DNA of 64,000 nt from Octopus bimaculoides (taxonomy: Eukaryota), in the NCBI RefSeq assembly GCF_001194135.2, contig NC_068989.1:64893614-64957613 (forward strand). Direction: 5' to 3'. Shown here piece by piece: positions 52,965-64,000 of the stretch (within the stretch, counting starts at the first letter, position 1; each line of letters begins with the position of its first letter). The notes under the pieces are model-generated. The model was not told the DNA's origin, searched no databases, and worked only from the letters and a program-made list of their open reading frames with translations. Position numbers and translations under genes: made by a program.

Positions 52965-53097
52965 TATACGTAATAGAATAAGTACTAGGCTTACAAGGAA
53001 TAAGTCCTGGGGTCGATTTGCTCGACTTAAGGCGGTGCTCCAGCATGGCCGCAGTCAAATCACTGAAACAAGTAAAGAGTAAGAGTACGTACGTAGT
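52965..53097 (+). mobile_element. Family B 3' end
   Basis: gaataagtactaggcttacaaggaataagtcctggggtcgatttgctcgacttaaggcggtgctccagcatggccgcag...aaagagtaagagta. Confidence 0.8.
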
Positions 53098-53532
53098 ACA
53101 CACGCGCGCGCAAAATACATATACAAACACAAACACACACATATATATTTATATAGATTAACTTATATGTATATGTATGTAGACATATGTATATATATAT
53201 GTGTGTGTGTGTTTATGTGTGTGAGTGTGTATGCTTGTGTGTGTAGTGAGATATCTGTCCGACTAACGTAAATAGTGCGCATAATATAAATTCCCCACGT
53301 TAGTAAGATTAAATTGTATACATATATTTCGAATTTACAGAATACAAAAGTCGAAGACATGTGAGAGAATGAGAAGCAGGTGTACTAGTTTAAAGCTCGG
53401 GAAAAATGGAGAAATATTTGACCATTAGAGCCGACGGTCTTCAACAGAAAGGACTGAGAAGGATAGAATTGGAAAGAGAACGAAAAGCATGTTGAGAGAA
53501 AAAATATTTAGGAATTAGCGGTCCAACAGTGA

Positions 53533-53599
<67 letters not shown>

Positions 53600-54243
53600 G
53601 GAGTGTATATATGTTTACATACACATAGATATGTATATGTATATACATGTGTGTATGCGTGATGTGTATGTGTGTGTGAGTGTGTGGATGCGTGTGCATG
53701 TGTGTGTCAATGTGTATTTATGTTTATTAGCAAGATGCCTTATGAAAAGCTTATTCATTTTAGTGTGGAACAGCTAGCCTAGCGAGACAAATTATTAATT
53801 ATGCATCGGGATCTCTTGACGGAATAACTACATTCGCTTGAACTTTTAGAAATTGAAACTTAAATCTTCCTCAGAATTACACGTCATAAATTATGTTGAC
53901 TGCATCGTAAATGGTGTCACTGATTTACATCTGCGTGTGTGTGTGTCTCTCTCTCTCTCTATATATATAAGTTGATAAATTTCGGAATTATACGTGTGGG
54001 CTACTTCAGCTCTCACGCTTCGATTGTGCTGTAACTGGACGTTGTTTAGCGTATCTGAAGGATTGCAGAATTTCTCCTCCACCCTTTCGCTAACTTCACT
54101 GTTCGAGCATGAAACTTAAAGTAGCTCATGTGTAACACCAGAACTTACCCCTTCCTGGAATGAGTACGTTTTTACCGATTGTATCAACGCAGCACCTACA
54201 CACCTACACACACATAGACTCAAACTCACGTTCTCTCTCTCTC

Positions 54244-54275
<32 letters not shown>

Positions 54276-55285
54276 CGCATATTATGTGTGAATGTGTGTA
54301 TATGTGTACGTGGGTATCTATAGATGGAATGGGCACTACTCGACTGCCTTTGCCTATACGTTAATCAGCTCATTCTGCAATGATCTTAGACTACACAGTA
54401 ACAGCACAAACAACATCAACAATTTGAAGTTAATAATGTAATCAGCAAGTTTATATATCCAAGGTTTTCTCTCTCCGCCAGTTCACTGATATCTTTTGCT
54501 GGGCGCAGTGATACCTCTCGTATGAATTTGATAAACAGATAATAACGAACTGAAATGTGCCTGGTGTGACCCATAGAGTCAACATTTAATAGCAAATATA
54601 AAAGATTTGGTCATTTCCTCTTTCAAAGAATCTGACAGATTTTATTACATAATTTATTTTCCCGAAGAATATCGATTATTTAAAGCGTCCACTGATACTG
54701 TCTGATTGATCGATTGATCATGACTTTGATATTTCATTAATGTTTTTGTATTTTGAGATTAATGTTTGTATTGACATTTTTTTTTTATCGATTATGGGAT
54801 TACTACGAAACCGGCACATTACTATTGGCGATGTCAATGCTTGCTTCCAAATTTAAAAATATATATTCTCGTCCAAAGTATTAATTAGAAATCTCAGAGT
54901 GGAATTAAATAAACGGAATACGTAAAATGTTTCGATAGATGTTTTTATTTTGTTTTTGCATTCGATTTTTTTTAAACAAGCCATTACCATAAATATATTG
55001 TTTGTGACTACTTATTCCATATATTTCTATCATTTATGATCAGTACAGATTATATATAATTGCGCTTAAAAATATTTCTATTTGCCCCCTCTTCCACTGT
55101 AGACACACATATGATATGTATATGAATATGAATATATATATATATACATATACGTCTATCTATCATCTATCTATCTGTCTGTCTGTCTGTATGTATGTCT
55201 GTCTGTCAGTCTGTCTGTTTATCTGTCTGTCTGTTTGTCAGTCCTCCGTCTGTCTGTCTATCTCTCTATCAATCTATTTATCTAC

Positions 55286-55361
<76 letters not shown>

Positions 55362-58300
55362 ACGAGCATAACACAGATACTAATATACCTATATACATAC
55401 AATCATATATATGTAGTAATATTAGTTCTTCATATCAACTCTCTTTTACTCATAAATTCTGTCTCTCCTGTATGACTGAATATTTAATATCATCTCTTTC
55501 TCCCCATCGCTTTTCATCAGAATTGCTTCTCTTTATATATTTTTTATCTGATATCAGATTGCTACAAAACACTAAAAATTCAATTCGTCTTTTCACCAAG
55601 AGTAGAAATTTGAAGTTAATCTTCTCTTCGTGTTATTCCATTTATTGATATTTTGTTTCTAAAGTATTTCCAAGCGTGTAAATAGAATATTGATATTGCC
55701 ATTTCTCCAGAATAATATACATTGTTAATTGAAGAAATTGACATCATTTTTAACCCTTCTTGGAATGTAGCGTTCATAAGTTGTATATATAAACAAGAGA
55801 CTTAATGAAAGTAACCGTTAGTTAAGGGACGATAACCAGGACAGCATCGCCCCTACTATTAACAAAAGAAAGAAGTGTATGAATATATTTAGAGCCTGTG
55901 ATCTGCTGTTGGATACATTTTATACTCTTTGCCCAAGTAACTGGCTTTGAATTACTAGATTTACTAAATTCAAAGCAAATATAATTATAAATGTGTGTAA
56001 TATTTTTATAAAATCATAAAATGGATTAGACGCCTACTCAGAAATACTAGTGCAAACATATGCTTATGTAAAAATGCGATAAAACTTTGGTTTCGCCACA
56101 ATGATTGCACAATAATTCTGATGATCTGTTACACAAAACACTACGCTCCTACCTCTAGTGAATGTAGTAATGGATACACAACATCACTCCTTCAAAGATA
56201 TATAGGAAAACGGAAAAAAAGATTTAGTGGATAACAATAAGGATTGGCTAGGGAGGAAGATGACAGAATCATGATAGAAAGGTTCAAGGGATTTGCATCT
56301 CTTTGTGTATATTTACATTTTCACTAGTGTATATATTTTCATTGATTTCACAATGCTGACTAATCCTTACCGTTCCCTTCAGAAGAATATGACATATTAC
56401 ACTTTATATTAAGATAAAGATATATGCGTTTTCCGGATGCAAATGTATTTAAAGTTCCAAGAAGATAAGTCTTCCCTAAGTTCAGTTATTTTGGGCAGAT
56501 AGGCGAATTTTGGAAATGTAAAATACAACGAGCTGCCATCAAACACAACGAAACGTCGATTTGAACTCGAAACTCTCGAAGCCATAATAGAAAACACTTT
56601 GGCTAACAAAATTGAAATATTGACAGCTACATGAACAGAGAACACGAGATCATAGGTGAATGTTTCACAGACGACAAACAAGATGAATGAAAACAGTCTG
56701 ATATCCACTCAAGAAATGACCGGTATAATGCTTTCTTTTATAGATATGCAAGCGCCACTTCATTATAGTCTTCAGACGCAGAAAGCTCTTTGCAGATAAA
56801 AAAAGATTTATGACTTCTATTTTTACTAGACGTCTATATCCGGCCATATTCTACTGCTTTCTTACTTTATTAGGTGCATTATATTTTCCGAAGACAATTT
56901 CAATGGATGATGTTAGATTTTAATTCGTGACAAGAAATTGGCCCTTGCGATTTAAAACGAAACGATGGTTTTAATAGCAATAGAATATAGGAGAGTACCA
57001 TGCTTCGAAATTAGTAGCTGAAACTTCGACCTGCAGGACGGATTCAGAATTCATTACCTGGATAAATCATGCTACTCCTACACTGCATTCGTGAATCTCT
57101 CAGGAATGTCACTAGCTAAGTATTATCTTTAAAACTTGCCGACTTCGATTTCTAGCAACATCGATAAATTTTCATTTACTGCGTTTCTAAAAGAGGAATT
57201 TTGATGCAATTGATAATGGATATCTGATAGGCCAGTCACTAATTTTCGACCCGGGATAGTGTAACTTATGGAAATAGCGTGAAGCATTACAGATTGAGAA
57301 TACGGGTAATCCAAAAATGTATCAATTACTTCAGAACAACTGTACATCTGTAGATCGGTAATAGAGAACAGACCCGTGATGTCAAAGACGCGCGCACGCC
57401 ACACACACTTACATTACATATGTATGTGTATGTGTAGATGTATGTATATGCAATATAATGCACTTACATAAACACACACACATACACACACATAAAAATA
57501 TACAATCATCTAAACATGCACAGGCACGCGCACACGTACACACATATTCATATATAATCACCCACGTATGCGAACGTACGCATACACGCACACACGCACA
57601 TATATAATATATATAAGGCTTAGACATGTATATAAAGCTTAGGCAATAGTTAAGTTGTTAGCTAATGAAGTAGATGGATGTTTGTCTGTTTGTATTTACA
57701 AATATAAATATGTGTTCAAATTCTTGTAATAACTGCTTCCTTTTGAGGATATTTACTCTCCGAACCATATCTAAAATTCCATTTCAAGAAATATCGGAAG
57801 TTTCTATTTGTCTGCCTATTAGATGATATATTAGATTAAAACTGCTTGTGTGGCTAACATTCTGCAAAAGCATTCAAGCAATTCAAAACTGAGAAAGCGG
57901 AACACTAAAGTTTGATCTATGTCTTCAGAACAATATAACCTACAGCTAAAATTGCTCTTTCGCCTATTGATCGGTTCAGGTGTTTATTCATTGTTCGATG
58001 GAGCAAACCATGAAAAATGACTGTTGGCAGTTCTTTTGTATCGTTGGACTGCAATAGCATCGTCTAAATTCTAAAACTTCTTTTATAATCGCTTCCATTG
58101 ATCATCAAAAGTTTTAATTAAAACAATTTCATTAAGCATTCAGCGCTATCATATATGATAACTAAGAACAACAAAGCTATGTAAAGATATAAAATCATAA
58201 TCACCATCAACAATTGTAAAATTTACACCATGAACAATAGAATCAATGCAACAAAGAATATTGTTGTGTATGTGTATGTGTGTAAATATGAAATATATAC

Positions 58301-58829
58301 ATACATCAATGTATGTACATATTTCTATCGGATTACAAAAAAATTTTATATCTTTAAATTTCATACAGAACAACAACTGCCAAATTCATTAACAATTCCG
58401 TTATATTTCGACAAAAATAAATAATATAAAAGCTTTATACCTTTGAGAGAATCTCATGCTCATAGAACTTATTAACTGACCGAGAAAAATCCATTAAAAT
58501 CAACTATCAGAATGGAATCAGTTTCCTCTCTATTGTTATAATATTTCTTGTCTTAAAGGGGCTCCCTCTCATTTTTGAATAGCAGCTCAGGAAATATATA
58601 AATGATATTTATAATATAGATGGCTTTCAAACTGAATCTTATTGAAAATGCTAATCGAACATCCTAGTTCAAATAGCGATTCCGTAACATGAAGATCAAT
58701 GTCGCTGAGATACTGATACCGGTAGGATCTAAGTTTGTTTATTTTCAATATAGCATTACAGATAAAAGACGTTTATGTGTATGTGTGTGTCCATGCATAC
58801 ATATCTACATTCATATATACATAAATACA

Positions 58830-58865
<36 letters not shown>

Positions 58866-58888
58866 CTATATATCTATATATATAGCCA

Positions 58889-58969
<81 letters not shown>

Positions 58970-59641
58970 GTATGCGCGTGTGTGCGTGTATGTGTTTGTG
59001 TGTATATGTATATATTTATATATGTATGTGTGTGCGTACGTGTACCTATGTATGTATGGAAGTACAAGAGCGAGTAAACAAACAAAAGAAGTTGGCACTC
59101 AAAGCATTTGGTAAGAGTTACATATAACTGGCACTCAGTTGGGCTGAGAACTTCAGTTTGAACAATTTTCCTGATGTTTCATAGATGCTTTTATGAAAAT
59201 CATTCAATTGTTAAACATAAATAAATCTTGGAAGCAAATGGTTTTGATTTACTCTCAGGTGACTTTGGACCAAATAAAGAAAGCTAGTTCAGCTATATGT
59301 GTGCGCGCGCATGTGTATAATACGACTAAGGTAAAACAGTACAGAAATCTTGTTCGTGTAGATAAAGATTATTTAATCCATTGCAATGTCCACAGAATCG
59401 ACTGGTTTCACTTCGTTAATCATGATTCAATGTTATGAAATCATAATCAGTTTTTGATTTAATCTTCCCCCTTTTTCTGGTTGTTTTTTTTATTTCTGAA
59501 GTCCATTATATATTCATGTTGAGTTCTGGTTCGTATTTTTCAATTAATATAGCCTCTTTATTTAGTTGTTGTTGAGTTGAGATCCTTTCCGTGCATAGGT
59601 ATAGTGGGAATATTTTGAATTGTGGTTGGCGTTCCTTAGCA

Positions 59642-59714
<73 letters not shown>

Positions 59715-59749
59715 GACCACTGAGTGATATGTGTTCCTTAGCACATCTA

Positions 59750-60200
59750 AGGAATGTACTTTAGCACAATCCTTAGAACATCTGTCGATGTGATCACTGA
59801 GTGGTATCCGACGTTATTGGGGGGTGGGGGTGGATTTGCTGTCTGTGTAGATCTACGTATTAGGGAATCCCTGTTGAACCTATATAGTTTCCTACGGCAG
59901 CCGGAACATTTGATGTTGTAGATGATAGATATTTTCAGAGGTGCATGTGAAGTCAGTTTCAATTTTAAATTTTTGTCCTGGTTTAAAATGGATTTTTGAG
60001 CCTCCACTATGTTGGGACATGTTACACAATTCAGCCGTCCACATTTTTTAAACTTTTGCTTCCGTTACTTTTGAGTATAGTTTTGCATTTGCAAGTGTCC
60101 GCTTTAGTGGTTTTGTGGTAGTTTAGAAGAATGACGCTACAGTAGTGTTTATCAGCATTCCGTTAAGAGAATTAAGGTCAAATTTTTTCGGGATAGGATT
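59750..60200 (-). mobile_element. Penelope-like element remnant: linker, Cys motif and GIY-YIG endonuclease
   Basis: Minus-strand peptides KPLKRTLANAKL, KCGRLNCVTCPNI, KPGQKFKIETDFTCTSENI, IYNIKCSGC, NYIGSTG and PLSDHIDRC, with frameshifts and stops. Confidence 0.8.
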
Positions 60201-60534
60201 TTAGTCTATGGCAGAAAACTTTATCCAACAACAGAAACTACACTGGAAACCTATTTGTAGTTTCCCACACATTCCTAGAACTTTCCAGACCAATGTTACT
60301 AATGCAGTTTTTATTCCTTTTGAATTACTGAAAGGAGACAACTGCAAATAATACATTGCACTAGCTTGCTTTAAATAATTCTAGTGACGTGGACTGGGCT
60401 TTTGAACAATGAGAAGCTACTTTCTGTACATCATTGTATTTATTAGCTGTTACAGGGTGGCAAGCTGACTGAAGCCTCAGAGCAGCAGAAGAATGCTTTG
60501 TTGTACTTCTTTCTCCCCTCACTTTCTGTTTCGT

Positions 60535-60678
60535 GATCAAATTTCGCCGAGGTCCACTTCAACTTCCCATCTATACAGGGTCGATATACTACAGTACTAA
60601 AATAAGTACCTGGGTCGATGTTATCGACTAAACGCCTCCCCTCAGTATTGCTGGTCTTCTGTCTGGTTCAGAAATCAT
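60535..60678 (+). mobile_element. Partial SINE family A copy
   Basis: tcaaatttcgccgaggtccacttc...gggtcgatgttatcgact. Confidence 0.55.
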
Positions 60679-60984
60679 TGCTATTTATCTGCTCTACAAT
60701 TTGGTTTTACGCACCATTAAGCCTCTGGTTCATGGTAAGATTATATTTTCTACTCCTACAAACACAGAAACATGGACACATACGAGCCCCCCCCCCCCNN
60801 NNNNNNNNNNNNNNNNNNNNNNNNNNNNNNNNNNNNNNNNNNNNNNNNTCACACACATACACCCCCCACACACGCACACACACACATACACACACACACA
60901 CATACACACACACACATACACACAGAGAAAGTTTGAAAGCAATCCAAAACAAAATTGATAAAAATTATTCGACAACAAACACAT

Positions 60985-61300
60985 ATAGAAGTCAGTCCAA
61001 CTCTACGCTGCATACACATTGTGAATGCCCCTCAAAACTATTCATTTCCACTTCACCAAAATGACCACAAGCCTTTCAATCAACAAGGTCACTACCTCTC
61101 ACAATATTCTTTCCATTACCATCACGCAACACTCCCATCCCTCAGCAAACACTTCAACCACTTTCTACAGAAGAGTATTCTGATTTTTGGAGCGTATTAC
61201 AGTGTCGTATTACCAAGAAGAGTAATCTTCGACCCTGCCAACTTCCGTCTTATGGAAATTACTTTCAACATTTCAAAAGTAACGGAGACAGCCATTAACA
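60985..61300 (+). mobile_element. Short Penelope-like remnant (post-RT linker), opposite in orientation to the 62.2-63.5 kb copy
   Basis: Shares an identical 27-mer ACAAGGTCACTACCTCTCACAATATTC (61083-61109) with the minus-strand copy (62251-62277). Peptides VTTSHNI...TTFYRR. Confidence 0.45.
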
Positions 61301-62209
61301 GCTAGCCTTTCCAACATATTGAACCTATCACAAGATAGATAACCTATAGATAGAATGGATCTTTCTCACTCTCTCCACAGTTGTTCTCTTCAGGCATCCT
61401 CACTTGGAGAATTCACTACTCTCTCCTTTTTTCGTATTGTATCTGCCTTCATAATCTCGTTGCCAATTCGCCAAGTCTACTCTCTCTAGAACTTCGATAC
61501 TTTAAATTTCTCTCACTTCACGTGTATTATTTGTAGTCGTCTGCTTTCAGTAATTCTAGAGGAATAAAAACTGCATCAATAACATTCGTCTGGGAGGTTC
61601 TGGGAATGTGTGGGAAAGTCTGAGTAGAACAATTGTGATAAATCCTTTTTCAACTAAAAAAAAAAAAAAATTCAGAAAAAAAAAGAGAAGGAAAAGTGGC
61701 AGTTGAACTTTATTTACTGCAGTAATGTATGAACTGTGACTTAACTCTAGGTGAGAAGTGACGTTACGTGGTGATACAGAAGGCCAGTTTATATCTGACA
61801 CAAAGGGTAAACATAAAGCTAAGACTCTGGATATACATAAATTATGACGGTGAAAACGAAAGCGATATAAAGAAAAAAAAACTGTATGGAAATATATACA
61901 GTAAATTTGAAAAGCATAAAACTATAGAATAATATGAACAGTTCAACAAAAAAAGTAGTTGTCTTGAAGCTGGGCAAGGGTTGTTGGCATATTTAATACT
62001 TTTTGTTTAAACACATATATCAACACGTATATAACATCCAATTTTTGTGTGGGTTCATGTGTGCGTTTTGATTTATATACTCTGACACATACACACAGAA
62101 ACATACGTAGATACATGAAAAATACATCTATAAATATATTTTTATATATACATACATGCATACATATATACATACATAAATAAATGCATACAAAAGTATA
62201 TATTATCCC

Positions 62210-62509
62210 GTTAAATTTGGAAGATGGAGCATTGGGTATGATCTTGGCAGGAATATTGTGAGAGGTAGTGACCTTGTGAGACTAGTGACGTTGATAACAT
62301 TCCTGTACATGTGTTCTGTTTCAGGTGACCAGATATCAGATATGAAAGACATAGTAGATGCTGGTGATTTTCAGAAGGCCAATGCTCATGAGAGAAAGGA
62401 CTGAAGGAGTTGGGGGCACCAGTACGATGAGGGGTCGCTCGGCGATGGACGTACGAGAACAGCTCTCTTCGAGGAACAGAGGAAAATCTAGCAGAGATAG
62501 AAGAGTGAA

Positions 62510-62600
<91 letters not shown>

Positions 62601-63545
62601 TAGGAGAGTGAAAGAGGGTAACAGCACGCCTGTTATCAAAAGGCTGGAGCATTTCCGTTAGTAGCTGAATACCAATTACTCAAGTAGCACTTATCTGGAT
62701 GTTGTCTCGGGTATCTATGACGCTACAGCAACACCGTCCTATATGTGGGAATAGCACTTTACTGAGGATCTGTTTCCTGGGTATGAGCACTGTTCAAGTA
62801 GTGTTTTTCTTTTAAAAGAGACAAGAAGTATAACCTAGCCCTGCTGATCGATTCTCTCTAGACGTCAGTCTGAGGAATCAATGCAGGTTTGGTGCGTAGT
62901 GTCTAGACTGCGTATGAATAGAATATAGATAGGGAAAATTAGGGAAGAATAAAGGGTCGTCTAGTCTGCAGGGAACTGGGTTGTTGGCTATTGCAGCCAG
63001 TACATCTTTGATGTACAGAAGGAAGAGAAAGGACGACGGTGGAAAATTCCAGAGTGTATTGCACAAGTAAGGCAGAGAATACTCAACACATACCGCGATG
63101 GTGCAATCGGATAGGAATCTACCGGTTCAAGGGATGAGACGTGGATGTAGCCTGCAAGTGAAGATTTGATTAGATATTTGCATACCCATCGCAGTCTCAT
63201 TGCTTTCACTGATCATCTTTAAAACGAGAGCCAACTGGTGAATGACATAACAGTGTATGTCGCCAATGGATCAAGCTCTGAGAAGTCGTAATTGGGATGG
63301 CGATCGAGAGAGATTCAAAATACCGGAGAAGGTTATTGTCTCCATCACAATGGGACATTATATGTGAGAGAATTAGAACAATTTTTGGCTGGGTCAGAGA
63401 GGTTAACTTTCTTTGGAATTGGACACATTGGGACTTACTTGCAAATATAAGAATATATTCTTGTACAGTGTAAAAGATTAAAGAGTTTGATGAGCCGAGG
63501 AGAAAGATGTGCGGCGCCATGCTAGAGTGTAATGAAACGGACATT
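62210..63545 (-). mobile_element. Heavily degraded Penelope-like reverse transcriptase remnant, interrupted by (GA)n
   Basis: Collinear minus-strand motifs TAMGMQIS (cf. G.AMGT), LAGYI, FLLYIKDVLAA (cf. FLRYIDD), KHYLN...SAIP (cf. HSYL..S.HP...AIP) and VTTSHNIP (cf. PTTSHIFP). Confidence 0.55.
62512..62596. repeat. (GA)n microsatellite inside the PLE remnant
   Basis: Read directly. Confidence 0.95.
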
Positions 63546-63614
63546 GTCGAGGCTGTTCTCCACTGATATTTCTTAAAGGAACTGTATTTCCATACTTGAT
63601 GTCTCTATATGAAA

Positions 63615-63825
63615 TCTTTTGTACTCAAGGCACAAGGCCCGAAATTTTGGGGATGGGGCCAGTCGATTAGATATAGCCCAGGACGCAACTAGTACTTAAT
63701 TTATCGAGCCCGAAAGGATGAAAGGCGAATTCGACCTCGGCCGAATTTGAACTCTCAACGTAAAAGACAAGCGAAATACCGCTCAGCATAGGGCCGACGT
63801 GCTAACGTTTCTGCCCGCTCACGGC
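63615..63825 (-). mobile_element. SINE family A copy
   Basis: cccgaaaggatgaaaggcgaattcgacctcggccgaatttgaactc matches the 35840-36058 copy. Confidence 0.85.
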
Positions 63826-64000
63826 TTAATCTGTCTCTATATGAATGCGTATGTGTCTGATTGTCTATGCGTTTGTGTGCGGATGATTACGTGTGGAGAG
63901 CCCAGTGTATTGGAATGAGGTGTATACAGCTAGATGCATTGATCACAATAAATGTAGCTGTTCCTCTACAAGGAGAGTTTAAAAATCGCCAAACTGAATC

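Noticed and set aside
56409-56708. 99-aa ORF with a PH-like RRFVVFDGSSLYF stretch
   Set aside because: Starts at GTG, has no clear splice sites, and the other PH elements are missing.

Overview
Eukaryotic, AT-rich, repeat-dense draft-assembly sequence with many N gaps, most of them bordered by microsatellites. The microsatellite load and tRNA-derived SINE families suggest a coleoid cephalopod, probably Octopus (inference). The only confident protein-coding feature is one 480-nt, phase 0-0 internal exon (36864-37343, minus strand) of an Erg-subfamily KCNH potassium channel, encoding S1-S3. The rest looks like very large introns. They hold at least three tRNA-derived SINE families, three Tc1/mariner transposase remnants, a CR1-type LINE 3' end and Penelope-like element (PLE) remnants (RT and GIY-YIG). 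The most interesting signal is a 516-bp fold-back insertion (46294-46809) flanked by a 15-bp target-site duplication. It consists of two head-to-head copies of a tRNA-like head + (AAT)n + tail carrying a minimal hammerhead-ribozyme motif, i.e. a candidate PLE-mobilised, ribozyme-bearing SINE. A third, different hammerhead motif with a palindromic stem III lies at 35196-35243. Most ORFs in the supplied track are artefacts of N gaps or microsatellites.
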